From positions 13,701-77,700 of the forward strand of contig JAAYVF010000074.1 of NCBI GenBank assembly GCA_012517325.1: a stretch of 64,000 nucleotides of DNA, written 5' to 3'. Below the pieces are notes generated by a model. It saw only the letters and a list, made by a program, of their open reading frames with translations, did not search any database and was not told where the DNA came from. Origin of the DNA: Myxococcales bacterium. GTDB taxonomy: Bacteria; Lernaellota; Lernaellaia; Lernaellales; Lernaellaceae. Positions 47,955 to 56,183 of the stretch are shown in pieces (within the stretch, counting starts at the first letter, position 1; each line of letters begins with the position of its first letter). The translations under genes and the position numbers were made by a program.

Positions 47955-48682
47955 CTATTTCGCTTCGACAGCGGTTTTTACGCGACCGCGCATCAACTCT
48001 TCCATCAGTTCGGTCTGCACCTGCTGGATCTCCAGTAACCGCTGCCACTGGTGATTGATCAACCGGTCCACTTTTTCGTTCAGGATGCGGATTTCCAGCT
48101 CGGCTTTCAAGTTGATGCGGTAATCGTTGTCGTCGCGCACCCGGTCGCGCGATTCCTGCCGGTTCTGGCTCATCATGATGACCGGGGCCTGGATCGCCGC
48201 CAGGCAGGACAACATGAGGTTCAAGAGAATGTAAGGAAACGGATCGAACGGCGCGCTGAACAGCCAATGTGAATTCGCCAGCACCCAGACCAGCATGAAT
48301 GCCGCGAAGAGGCCGATGAAATTCCAACTGCCGCCGAACGAAGCGACTTGATCCGCCACCCGCTGCCCGAAGGAAACCGACTGGCTGTATTCGCGGTCGG
48401 CGTTGGCGGTAAGCAATTCCTGGTCGCGGATCGCCTCCACCACGTCCTTTTCGAGGTCGGACAATTCGCCGCGATCCTCGGCCAGCAGATCGGCCACGTG
48501 CTCGGCGCGAAAGCTCGTCAAATCGGCCAGACAAACATAACCCGTAGGCGTCCAATCCGGATTTTTTTACGAATGACCTGGACGATGTTGTCGCGCAACG
48601 TTTCCGCGGGCATCATCTGGTTCAGCGGTTTTTCCTCGTGACAGACCTGGCAGACGGCGGTTTTCGCGGGGTTGTGGCTCAT
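47955..48682 (-). pseudogene. DUF1003 membrane protein gene interrupted by a one-base frameshift in an A7 run (or a sequencing indel)
   Basis: ATG 48682 gives MSHNPAKTAVCQVCHEEK...VIRKK. The DUF1003 frame (NPDWTPTGYVCLADL...GGSWNF...DPFPYILLNLMLSCLAAIQAPVIMMSQNRQ) begins after TAA 48567-48569. Adding one A at 48562-48568 joins the two frames. Confidence 0.75.
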
Positions 48683-48835
48683 TCATTTTCCCTTTTTCGG
48701 CGGTTGGTCGCGTGACTAATGAATGGCGCATTTTTTCCGTCGGCGCAACCGGAACGCAACTCTGTTCGGGAGCAAGCTGCCGGCGGGCCGGCGTTCGAAT
48801 CGCCAGCCCGCCCTTTATTCGAGGGATGGTTTCAA

Positions 48836-49840
48836 TCAATTGAACGCGTTGGCGACGTGCTTCCAGATCATGGCGATATTCAACACGGCGTCGTGCAGGA
48901 CGGCCCGATCGAATTCCTCGCCCGACACGGGCGCCTTGTCGGCGGCAAACACTTCGTCCAAGCTGATCAGATCATCCGAGTCGTAAGGGATTTTTTTCGG
49001 CGGCACGATCACCGACGACAGCGCGAACGAGCCGCGGGCAATGGTCATCATTTCGTTCCAGACGTCGTGATCCTTGTCGAGGTCGGGTATCGCCGGTTGA
49101 AAAGTCATTTTGAATTTGGCATCGACCTCGCGAACCTTGGCGAGAATGTCTTTCGCCGACAACTTACTCTGGAGAAAATCCTCCTTTTCAAAAAAAGTGC
49201 CGATTTTCTTATCCCAGCGCGCTTCCAATTGTTTGTGAAGTTTGCCTTTGTAATTGGTCAACACACGGCCGTCGCAGTGGCACGGCATACCGGCATCGGC
49301 GATGAAATGACTGAGCATGAAAAGAAAAGTGGCCACTTCTTCCTGCCGGGCCAAGGTGTTTTTGTCGACATCCCCGATGAAAGACACTTTACCTGGCAGA
49401 TAATCCTGGATTTGCTGATTGCCCAGAATCAACAAATCCTTGATCGTGATCGTCAACGCCATTGCGCGGTTGGCCAGATGTTGTCCGGGACTCGGATCCG
49501 CTTTATACGGCGTCTGCCACCAGGCACTGTCCAGCGATTGATCCTGCCGCAGCAAAGCCGTCACCTGCCGTTCCGAGCCCAAATCCTCCAACAACTTCTC
49601 TTTCTTCACGACGAACTTTTTCTTCAGGTCACCGAGATACGGCACCATCTTCAGGACGTGATTGTCGAGGTTCCCGCTTCCTTTTTTCGACTCCTGCAGA
49701 TCGGGAATCCAGGCGCCGACCGCCGCCGCTTTCGCATACGGCTCGATCAAATCGACAAACCATTGGTGCGATTGGCTTCCTTCGTCACGCAGCAGCGCGA
49801 TCGCTCGCAATGCCAGCCAGGTATGAGCTCGCTGTTTCAT
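48836..49840 (-). CDS. Zinc-dependent phospholipase C / P1-nuclease fold protein
   Basis: N-terminal RAH, WIPD, DNH, SHFIADAGMPCH and HKQLE match the tri-zinc ligand order; no signal peptide. Confidence 0.7.
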   Translation of the reverse strand: MKQRAHTWLALRAIALLRDEGSQSHQWFVDLIEPYAKAAAVGAWIPDLQESKKGSGNLDNHVLKMVPYLGDLKKKFVVKKEKLLEDLGSERQVTALLRQDQSLDSAWWQTPYKADPSPGQHLANRAMALTITIKDLLILGNQQIQDYLPGKVSFIGDVDKNTLARQEEVATFLFMLSHFIADAGMPCHCDGRVLTNYKGKLHKQLEARWDKKIGTFFEKEDFLQSKLSAKDILAKVREVDAKFKMTFQPAIPDLDKDHDVWNEMMTIARGSFALSSVIVPPKKIPYDSDDLISLDEVFAADKAPVSGEEFDRAVLHDAVLNIAMIWKHVANAFN

Positions 49841-50044
49841 TCAAATACCCCCTTTTACCGATGGTTAGATCAGGCCTTCCGGATGAAAAAAATACTTGGT
49901 GTGATATCTGCCTCTCAGGATATATTCCAAGTAACTATTTCTGACAAGCGGCCGTCCGACCCGCCGACGGGCGATGGCGGTCGACCGGAAAGCCGGCGCG
50001 AAACTTGTCGCTCCGAAGGGTTCGTGATAGCCTCACGGCCTCAA

Positions 50045-51223
50045 ATGAAAATCGTTTATCTCCATACCGATCCGCTTCCCTCGCCGATGGCCGGCAGCGT
50101 CTTTGCCTTGTCCACCGCCGTCGGCCTGGCCAAGGCCGGTCACGAAACCGTTTTGATCATGCCGCGGAACCGGCGGACCGTCGCCGAAGCGCTGGAATAT
50201 TACGGCGTCAAACCGCCGGAGAATCTGCGCATTCTGCTTCCCGCGCCGCCGGCCATCGAACTGGGTTCGTGGCGGATCGCTTATTCGCGGCGATTCTTCC
50301 GGGCCGCTTTCAAGTTGCTGCAAACCGAGGCGGTCGGCGCGGACGGGATCATCGTGCGCACGCTGACCCTGGCTCAATACCTGTCGCGGCACGAGTTGCC
50401 CGCGCCGCTCGTCTACGAAATGCACGACTGGTACGCCGACATCGAACGCAAATGGAGCGGCGCCGAGTGGATGATCGACGGCAAAAAGCTACGGCGCGAA
50501 CGGTTTCTGCAAGCGGTCGAGAAAGAAACGATCCCGCGGCTGGCCGGGGTGATCGCCTTGCGCCGGGCGACGGGCGAACTGATGCGGCAGTGCTATCCAG
50601 CGGCCCGGGTCGAGGTCGTGCCGACCGGGCTGGACGCGCCCGCCGCGTTGCCCGCCGTCAGCGCGGAACCGGTGGTCGTCTACGCCGGCCAGCTTCACAA
50701 GCACAAGGGGCTGCAACTGCTGTTCGAGGCGCTGAAACTGGCCCCCGACCTGCGGGCGATCATCGTGGGCGGCGGCGACCCGCTCGCCGACCTCAAGGCG
50801 GAAGCGGCGCGGCTCGGGGTCGAGGCTCGCGTGGAGTTCACCGGGCACGTGCCGGCGGCGGCCGTCCGGGAGCACCTGTCGCGCGGCCGGGTCGGCGTGC
50901 TGCCGATGCGCGATTGCTTTTTCAACCGCGTGCTCACCTCGCCGCTGAAAATCATGGAGTATTACGCGGCGGGGCTGCCGGTGGTGACGGTCGACGCGCC
51001 GGTGACGCGCGAGGTCGTCGAGCCCGAGCAGACCGGTTTGCTGGCGCCGTTCGACGATCCGGCGGCGCTGGCGGGGGCTATGCGGCGGCTGTGCCTGGAC
51101 GGCGAACTGCATGCCCGCTGCCGCGCCCGCATCGAACAACTCCTCCCCGATCTTTCCTGGACCCGGCGCGGCGAGCGGATCGGCCGCTTTCTGACCGAAC
51201 TCGCCTCGCCTCGCCCCGGATAA
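50045..51223 (+). CDS. Glycosyltransferase family 4 (GT-B)
   Basis: ATG 50045; YEMHD, VYAGQLHKHKGL, VEFTGHVP, SPLKIMEYYAAGLPVV and LSWTRRG. Confidence 0.93.
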   Translation: MKIVYLHTDPLPSPMAGSVFALSTAVGLAKAGHETVLIMPRNRRTVAEALEYYGVKPPENLRILLPAPPAIELGSWRIAYSRRFFRAAFKLLQTEAVGADGIIVRTLTLAQYLSRHELPAPLVYEMHDWYADIERKWSGAEWMIDGKKLRRERFLQAVEKETIPRLAGVIALRRATGELMRQCYPAARVEVVPTGLDAPAALPAVSAEPVVVYAGQLHKHKGLQLLFEALKLAPDLRAIIVGGGDPLADLKAEAARLGVEARVEFTGHVPAAAVREHLSRGRVGVLPMRDCFFNRVLTSPLKIMEYYAAGLPVVTVDAPVTREVVEPEQTGLLAPFDDPAALAGAMRRLCLDGELHARCRARIEQLLPDLSWTRRGERIGRFLTELASPRPG

Positions 51224-51226
51224 ACG

Positions 51227-52822
51227 ATGCCCAGTCCAACGCTGTCCGCCGCCGGCCGCTTCCTGCGCACCTATCCGCTGACGATCGTCGCGTTCGCGGG
51301 CGGCATCGCGGGGCTGGCGTGGTTTCCACGCTGGCTGGCCGACGACGCGTTCATTCTTTTTCGCTATGCCGACAATCTGGCGCGCCACGGCCAACTGACC
51401 TTCAATCCCGGCCAGACGCCGGTCGAAGGTTATACGGGCATCCTGTATCCGCTGCTGCTGGCCGCGTTGCGCCTGCCGGGAATTCCGGCGGATGTCGCCG
51501 GACCGTGGCTGCTCCCGCTGTCGACCTTGGGCGGCGCGCTTTTCCTGGTCTGGATTTTCAATCTTTTGACCGCCGGCGAAATCGTTCGCGGCGGGTGCGT
51601 TTTACTCTATTTTTCCTACCCGCTCATTTACCTGCACAGCGCCAGCGGCATGGAAACGATGCTCTTCACGACCGCGATGCTCGCCGCGATCTATTCGTTT
51701 CTGCGTTTGTTCTCCGATCGCGGGAAATTCCGCCATCGCGAAGCGTATTTTGCCGCGGCCTTGCTGATTCTCGGGCTGGCCCGGCCGGAGGGAGTGGCGT
51801 TCGCCGCCTTCCTGTTTTGCGCCGCGCTCGCGACTTACCGGAAACTGGGCCGCGCGACCCAACCGTTGTGGAAGCGGGTGCTGCTGTTTTTCATCCTGCC
51901 CGGGGCGGCCTATTTCGTCTGGCGGTTTTCCTATTACGGCCACCTGCTGCCGAACACCTTTTACGCGAAGCGGCACGCGGCGGGCTGGAACCCGGCGGTC
52001 TGGTTGAATCTGCAATCCTTCTTTTTCGAATTTCTCTTCCTGCCGGCCGGCGGCATTCTCCTGGGTGCGGCGTTCCTGATCGCCGGCCGGCAATCACGTC
52101 CAGAAACGCCCGTCGCATCAAGGGAATCCGGGCTTTCCCTCGCGGCGGCCGCCGCGGCCATGCTGCTGTTCGCCGCAACGCTGATCCTGACCTATGCGCG
52201 CGCCGAACTCTGGATGAATTTTTTCTTTCGTTTCTGGATGCCGCTGCTGCCGCCGGTGATCGCCCTGCTGGGCGTCACGCTCGGCCGGGCCTTTTCAGGG
52301 CTCGGCAGGTCGCCCGAGCGCGCTTCAATCCGCCGCTTTTTATTGCCGGCCTTCGCCGCGGTGATCCTCGGCGGGCAACTGGTTCTGAATCTTCAGGCCT
52401 TTCCCGTCGAAGTTCGCTATGCCAGGGATTACGCACTGCTGCACGAGGAAGAGCATCGGCCGGCCGGCCGGTATCTGCGCGACCAATTGCGGCCCGATCA
52501 GACCGTGGCCGTGTTCATCGACGCCGGGCGGATCCCTTATTACGCCGACCGGCCCGCGATTGACTTCGGCGGCCTGAACGACCCGTTCCTGCCGTTTTCG
52601 CCGCGCGATGCGCAAACGCTCCGCGAGTACTTCTTTCGCCGACAGCCGGCGGCCGTGGCGGCCACCAGTTTCGCCTGGGATCACCTGGCCGGACTGGCGG
52701 AATTCATGCCCATCGCCGCGGACGCGCGTTTTCAGAGCTATCGCCTGGTGGAAAAATTTCGCAGCCGGTCGCCGATCACCTGGTATCTGTTCATCTATCG
52801 GCGCGAGGAACCGGTCGAATAG
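51227..52822 (+). CDS. Multi-pass membrane protein, GT-C-like (DDAF...EGYT family)
   Basis: ADDAFILFRYADNLARHGQLTFNPGQTPVEGYTG, SGMET, LARPEG, YYGHLLPNTFYAK and GRIPYY; about 12 TM segments. Confidence 0.75.
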   Translation: MPSPTLSAAGRFLRTYPLTIVAFAGGIAGLAWFPRWLADDAFILFRYADNLARHGQLTFNPGQTPVEGYTGILYPLLLAALRLPGIPADVAGPWLLPLSTLGGALFLVWIFNLLTAGEIVRGGCVLLYFSYPLIYLHSASGMETMLFTTAMLAAIYSFLRLFSDRGKFRHREAYFAAALLILGLARPEGVAFAAFLFCAALATYRKLGRATQPLWKRVLLFFILPGAAYFVWRFSYYGHLLPNTFYAKRHAAGWNPAVWLNLQSFFFEFLFLPAGGILLGAAFLIAGRQSRPETPVASRESGLSLAAAAAAMLLFAATLILTYARAELWMNFFFRFWMPLLPPVIALLGVTLGRAFSGLGRSPERASIRRFLLPAFAAVILGGQLVLNLQAFPVEVRYARDYALLHEEEHRPAGRYLRDQLRPDQTVAVFIDAGRIPYYADRPAIDFGGLNDPFLPFSPRDAQTLREYFFRRQPAAVAATSFAWDHLAGLAEFMPIAADARFQSYRLVEKFRSRSPITWYLFIYRREEPVE

Positions 52823-52828
52823 CCGGGA

Positions 52829-54427
52829 TTATTTCTTTTTCGTATACAACACTAACCGCTGGCCGGGCTTGAGCGATTCGGAATGCAGACCGTTCCAGCG
52901 CTTGATGTCCTTGACGTTCAGCCCGTGCCGGTGCGCAATGCTCCACAGGTTGTCGCCCGAACGCACCCGGTAGCTGATCCGCGAACCGGAACCGGCCTGC
53001 TTTTTCCCGACCTTGGCCGTCATCGCCGCGGATTTTGCCGCGTCGGCCCCCGCCTCTGCGTTCAGTTGAGCGGGTTGTTCGTCTTTCGTCGCCTGCGGAG
53101 TCACGTCAAAAGTGACGGTCATCAAGCTGGCGATTCGCCGGCCGGAATTATCGGTGGTGATCGCCATTTGCCGCCGAATCATCGGCGCGGCGAATCCCTT
53201 GGGCGCCCAGTTGGCTTGCGCCAGGATGACCGGCGTCGAGGGCGGGAAGCGGCGCGCCGGGAGGCTCAGCGGCCCCGGAACTCGCGAGACGCCGCCACGG
53301 CAGGCGACGCGATAGGAGCGGCCGGCGCGGATGCTGTTGGAGCGCAAGCCGTTCGCCCGCTTCAACGCGGCCACGGAGGTGTGGTACCGCCGGGCGATTC
53401 CACCCAGGGTGTCGCCTTTACGGGCGCGATGATAGGTGTAGAAAGTCGGCGGCTTGACCTTACCGGCCGCCAAGAGGATCGGATAAGCCCGCCGGCCCAA
53501 TTCCTGGGCGCGCGGATTGTAGAAACGGACGTGATAATGCGTCGCATGCCCCCGGGCATGCCGGACGATCGACTGTCGACTGCCGTTGGGGTACTGGAAG
53601 ATCGTCGCCAGCCAGGCGGGATCCTCGCCGATGGAAAGCGCGTACTCGTAAAGCTCGCGTTGGATTCGCGAGTCGAGCAGAATGATTTCGATATCCGCAT
53701 GCACCACGAAGGCGCGGACCAGGGCCCAGTTGCGCGGCAGGTCGAAGGTGCCGTGGTTGCCGGGCGTATACCAGGGCGAACCGTCGGTGAAGTAGAAACC
53801 GACATCCGCGTCACGACCCGCCTGGTGACTGACGTGGCGATTGAGCCGGCCGCCGTCCTCGTCGCTGATGTCGCCGAGGTTCAGCGGCGGGGTATTGGGA
53901 AACGCCTCGTTGACCGTGGTGATCGCCGTGCGTAAGCCATCGATTGTTTCCTGGGTGCCCCAGGTTTCCCGCGGATTGACGATGCGCCACCGCGGGTCTT
54001 CCGGCATTTGCATTCCGCCCATCAAAGCGCCGCTGTTGGTGAAACCGATCGACATGGCTCCCAGAGCCGTCGGGTTTTCCTGCAACAGTTTTTGGAAATC
54101 AGCGTCGCTTATATCGGCGAAAGGCAATTCGGTTGGAGAAAGCAGGGAATAGGGAGATGGATTCGTGGATTGGAGACCGTCGGCGATGACTCCATCTTCG
54201 CCTTCGTCGCTGGCGGCATCCCCTTCTTCGTCGTTAATGGCCAGCGGAATCGTCTCTACGGTTGTCGCCTGATCGATGACGGGGGGAGTATCCCCGGCAT
54301 CCTCATCACCGTCTTCCTGACCGTCGTCCTGGTCGCTCTCATCGGGTTCCATCGCCAGGGCGGTCGAAACGAACACCAGCGTCACCAGGAAAATACTTAG
54401 ATACCACCACCAGTGTTTCCGGGTCAT
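52829..54427 (-). CDS. MepA-like murein endopeptidase with two LysM domains
   Basis: ATG 54427 after GGAGG; signal peptide; acidic N-terminal region; GDIS...HVSHQAGRDAD and HATHYHVRF (LAS Zn sites); LysM motifs GDTLGGIARRY and GDNLWSIAHRH. Confidence 0.88.
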   Translation of the reverse strand: MTRKHWWWYLSIFLVTLVFVSTALAMEPDESDQDDGQEDGDEDAGDTPPVIDQATTVETIPLAINDEEGDAASDEGEDGVIADGLQSTNPSPYSLLSPTELPFADISDADFQKLLQENPTALGAMSIGFTNSGALMGGMQMPEDPRWRIVNPRETWGTQETIDGLRTAITTVNEAFPNTPPLNLGDISDEDGGRLNRHVSHQAGRDADVGFYFTDGSPWYTPGNHGTFDLPRNWALVRAFVVHADIEIILLDSRIQRELYEYALSIGEDPAWLATIFQYPNGSRQSIVRHARGHATHYHVRFYNPRAQELGRRAYPILLAAGKVKPPTFYTYHRARKGDTLGGIARRYHTSVAALKRANGLRSNSIRAGRSYRVACRGGVSRVPGPLSLPARRFPPSTPVILAQANWAPKGFAAPMIRRQMAITTDNSGRRIASLMTVTFDVTPQATKDEQPAQLNAEAGADAAKSAAMTAKVGKKQAGSGSRISYRVRSGDNLWSIAHRHGLNVKDIKRWNGLHSESLKPGQRLVLYTKKK

Positions 54428-54500
54428 TCTTACCTCCGGGGGGTCGATCCGGTCGACCGGGCTCCTCCCCTTTCCCAATGCCTCCAGAAAAATTTGATCG

Positions 54501-54530
54501 AATATAGCATTTTTAATGCGGCAATTGCAA
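54501..54530 (-). promoter_or_regulatory. Candidate sigma70 promoter (extended -10) for the MepA-LysM gene
   Basis: Minus strand TTGCAA-N18-TATATT with TGn immediately before the -10 element. Confidence 0.45.
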
Positions 54531-54599
54531 AGAGACTTTTTCTTCAATGATTCTGAGAAGTTGAATTAGATAAAGGCGATTTTCCGGGTAAAATTGGCA

Positions 54600-56183
54600 C
54601 TATCCCTGGTCCAAAACTTCCCGCACCTTGTAGGTCAGGGTTTCGATCGTGAAAGGCTTGGCGATGAAGTGGGTCTTTTCGTCCAACACCCCGTGATGAC
54701 CCAGGATATCCTCGGTATATCCGGACATATAGAGGATTTTAAATCCTTTTCGCAGAGTGGAAAGCTTTTCGATCAATTGTTTACCGTTCATCTGCGGCAT
54801 GATGACATCGGTTAAAACCAGATCGAGCCGCCCGTCGTACTTTTCCAAGACCTCCAAGGCCACTTTCCCGTCCTCGGCCTCGAGAACCCGATAGCCCTGC
54901 CGCTCCAGAATCCGGCAGGCCAATTGACGGACCATCGGTTCGTCCTCGGCGACCAGGATGGTTTCCGACCCGCCTGGCAGAACTTCAACCTCCTGCTTGA
55001 CCGGCATCGGCTCGACCGCCGAAACCCGCGGTAGATAGATGCGGAAGGTGGTGCCGATGCCAAGCCGGGATTCCACTTCGATAAAGCCGTTGTTCTGCTG
55101 AATGATCCCGTAAACCGTTGACAAACCCAGTCCGGTGCCCTTTCCCACCTCCTTGGTGGTGAAAAACGGCTCGAAAATATGCTTCAGTTCCTCTTCTGCC
55201 ATCCCGACGCCCGTATCGGTGATGGAAATCCGGGCATAGGAACCCGGCAGACGATCCTGACTGTCCTCGCAATCGCTTTCGGTCAGCACCACCGGGTCGA
55301 TCCGGATCATGACCATGCCGCCGTCCGGCATGGCATCGCGCGCGTTGACGACCAGATTGACCAATACCTGCTCCATCTGGCCGACATCCAAATGCACGAA
55401 GCACTCCTCGGTGACGGGCTGGATCATCAGATCGATGTGTTCGCCGATCAAGCGTTTCAACATCTTGGTCGAGTCGCCGATGATGGTATTGAGATTGACC
55501 GATTGCGGTTTGATCATCTGCCGGCGGCTGAAAGCAAGAAGCTGTTGGGTGATGTTGGACGCCCTTTCGGCGGCCCGGCGGATCTCACCGGCGGTTTCCC
55601 GCATCGTCTTGGGGTCGAAATCCGGGTCCGTCAACAGGTCGGCATAGCCCAGGATGCCGGTCAGAATATTGTTGAAATCGTGGGCGACGCCGCCGGCCAG
55701 CCGGCCGATGGATTCCAGTTTTTGCGCCTGTTGCAATTGTTCCTGCAGCCGCTCCTTTTCTTCCTCGGCCTGCAGTTTCCCCGTGATGTCATGGCCGACC
55801 ATATGGATGGCCGGCCGGCCCTGATAATCGGTCGGGATCATCGACAATTCGACCACGATTTCCTCGCCGTTCAGGCGCGTCAGACGAACCTGAAGGGAAT
55901 CGAGGCTGGTCGCATTGTTTTTCAAGGTCTTCAGAACATTGACGATGCGACCGCGCTGTGTTTCCTGAATGTAATCGGCGAAAGCCCGGCCGATGAACCG
56001 CGTCGGGTTGTCGTCACCCAGCAGGCGGGCGCCGGTGCGGTTGATGAAGGCGATTTGTTCCTCATGCAGCACGACCACGAGGCTGGGCGCGCTTTCCACC
56101 AACAGCCGGTACCGCTCCTCGCTCGCGGCCAAGGCGGCTTCCGCTTTGCGGCGGTCGGCGATTTCGCGGTTGAGCTGCTCGTT
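54600..56183 (-). CDS. PAS-HisKA-HATPase-REC part of a hybrid kinase; continues in frame from the upstream ORF across a single TGA
   Basis: [29 protein letters not shown] and REC (AEDE, LTDVIMP, AKP). The frame is open from 56183, and the track start TTG 56132 lies inside a coiled coil with no clear RBS. Confidence 0.85.
   Translation of the reverse strand, partial: NEQLNREIADRRKAEAALAASEERYRLLVESAPSLVVVLHEEQIAFINRTGARLLGDDNPTRFIGRAFADYIQETQRGRIVNVLKTLKNNATSLDSLQVRLTRLNGEEIVVELSMIPTDYQGRPAIHMVGHDITGKLQAEEEKERLQEQLQQAQKLESIGRLAGGVAHDFNNILTGILGYADLLTDPDFDPKTMRETAGEIRRAAERASNITQQLLAFSRRQMIKPQSVNLNTIIGDSTKMLKRLIGEHIDLMIQPVTEECFVHLDVGQMEQVLVNLVVNARDAMPDGGMVMIRIDPVVLTESDCEDSQDRLPGSYARISITDTGVGMAEEELKHIFEPFFTTKEVGKGTGLGLSTVYGIIQQNNGFIEVESRLGIGTTFRIYLPRVSAVEPMPVKQEVEVLPGGSETILVAEDEPMVRQLACRILERQGYRVLEAEDGKVALEVLEKYDGRLDLVLTDVIMPQMNGKQLIEKLSTLRKGFKILYMSGYTEDILGHHGVLDEKTHFIAKPFTIETLTYKVREVLDQG

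Noticed and set aside
48562-48569. Classical programmed -1 ribosomal frameshift in the DUF1003 gene
   Set aside because: The A run is phased AAA AAA A, not X XXY YYZ, and the following ATC cannot re-pair well. An indel or polymerase slippage fits better.
48719-50044. N-terminal 442 codons of the 834-aa ORF 48719-51223
   Set aside because: This part is antisense to the PLC-fold gene. GT4 homology starts at ATG 50045, so it is not a real fusion.
54449-54460. Perfect 12 bp palindrome CCGGTCGACCGG upstream of the MepA-LysM gene
   Set aside because: It is built from words (CCGG, TCGA) that are very common in this genome, and no second copy was noticed at a related promoter.
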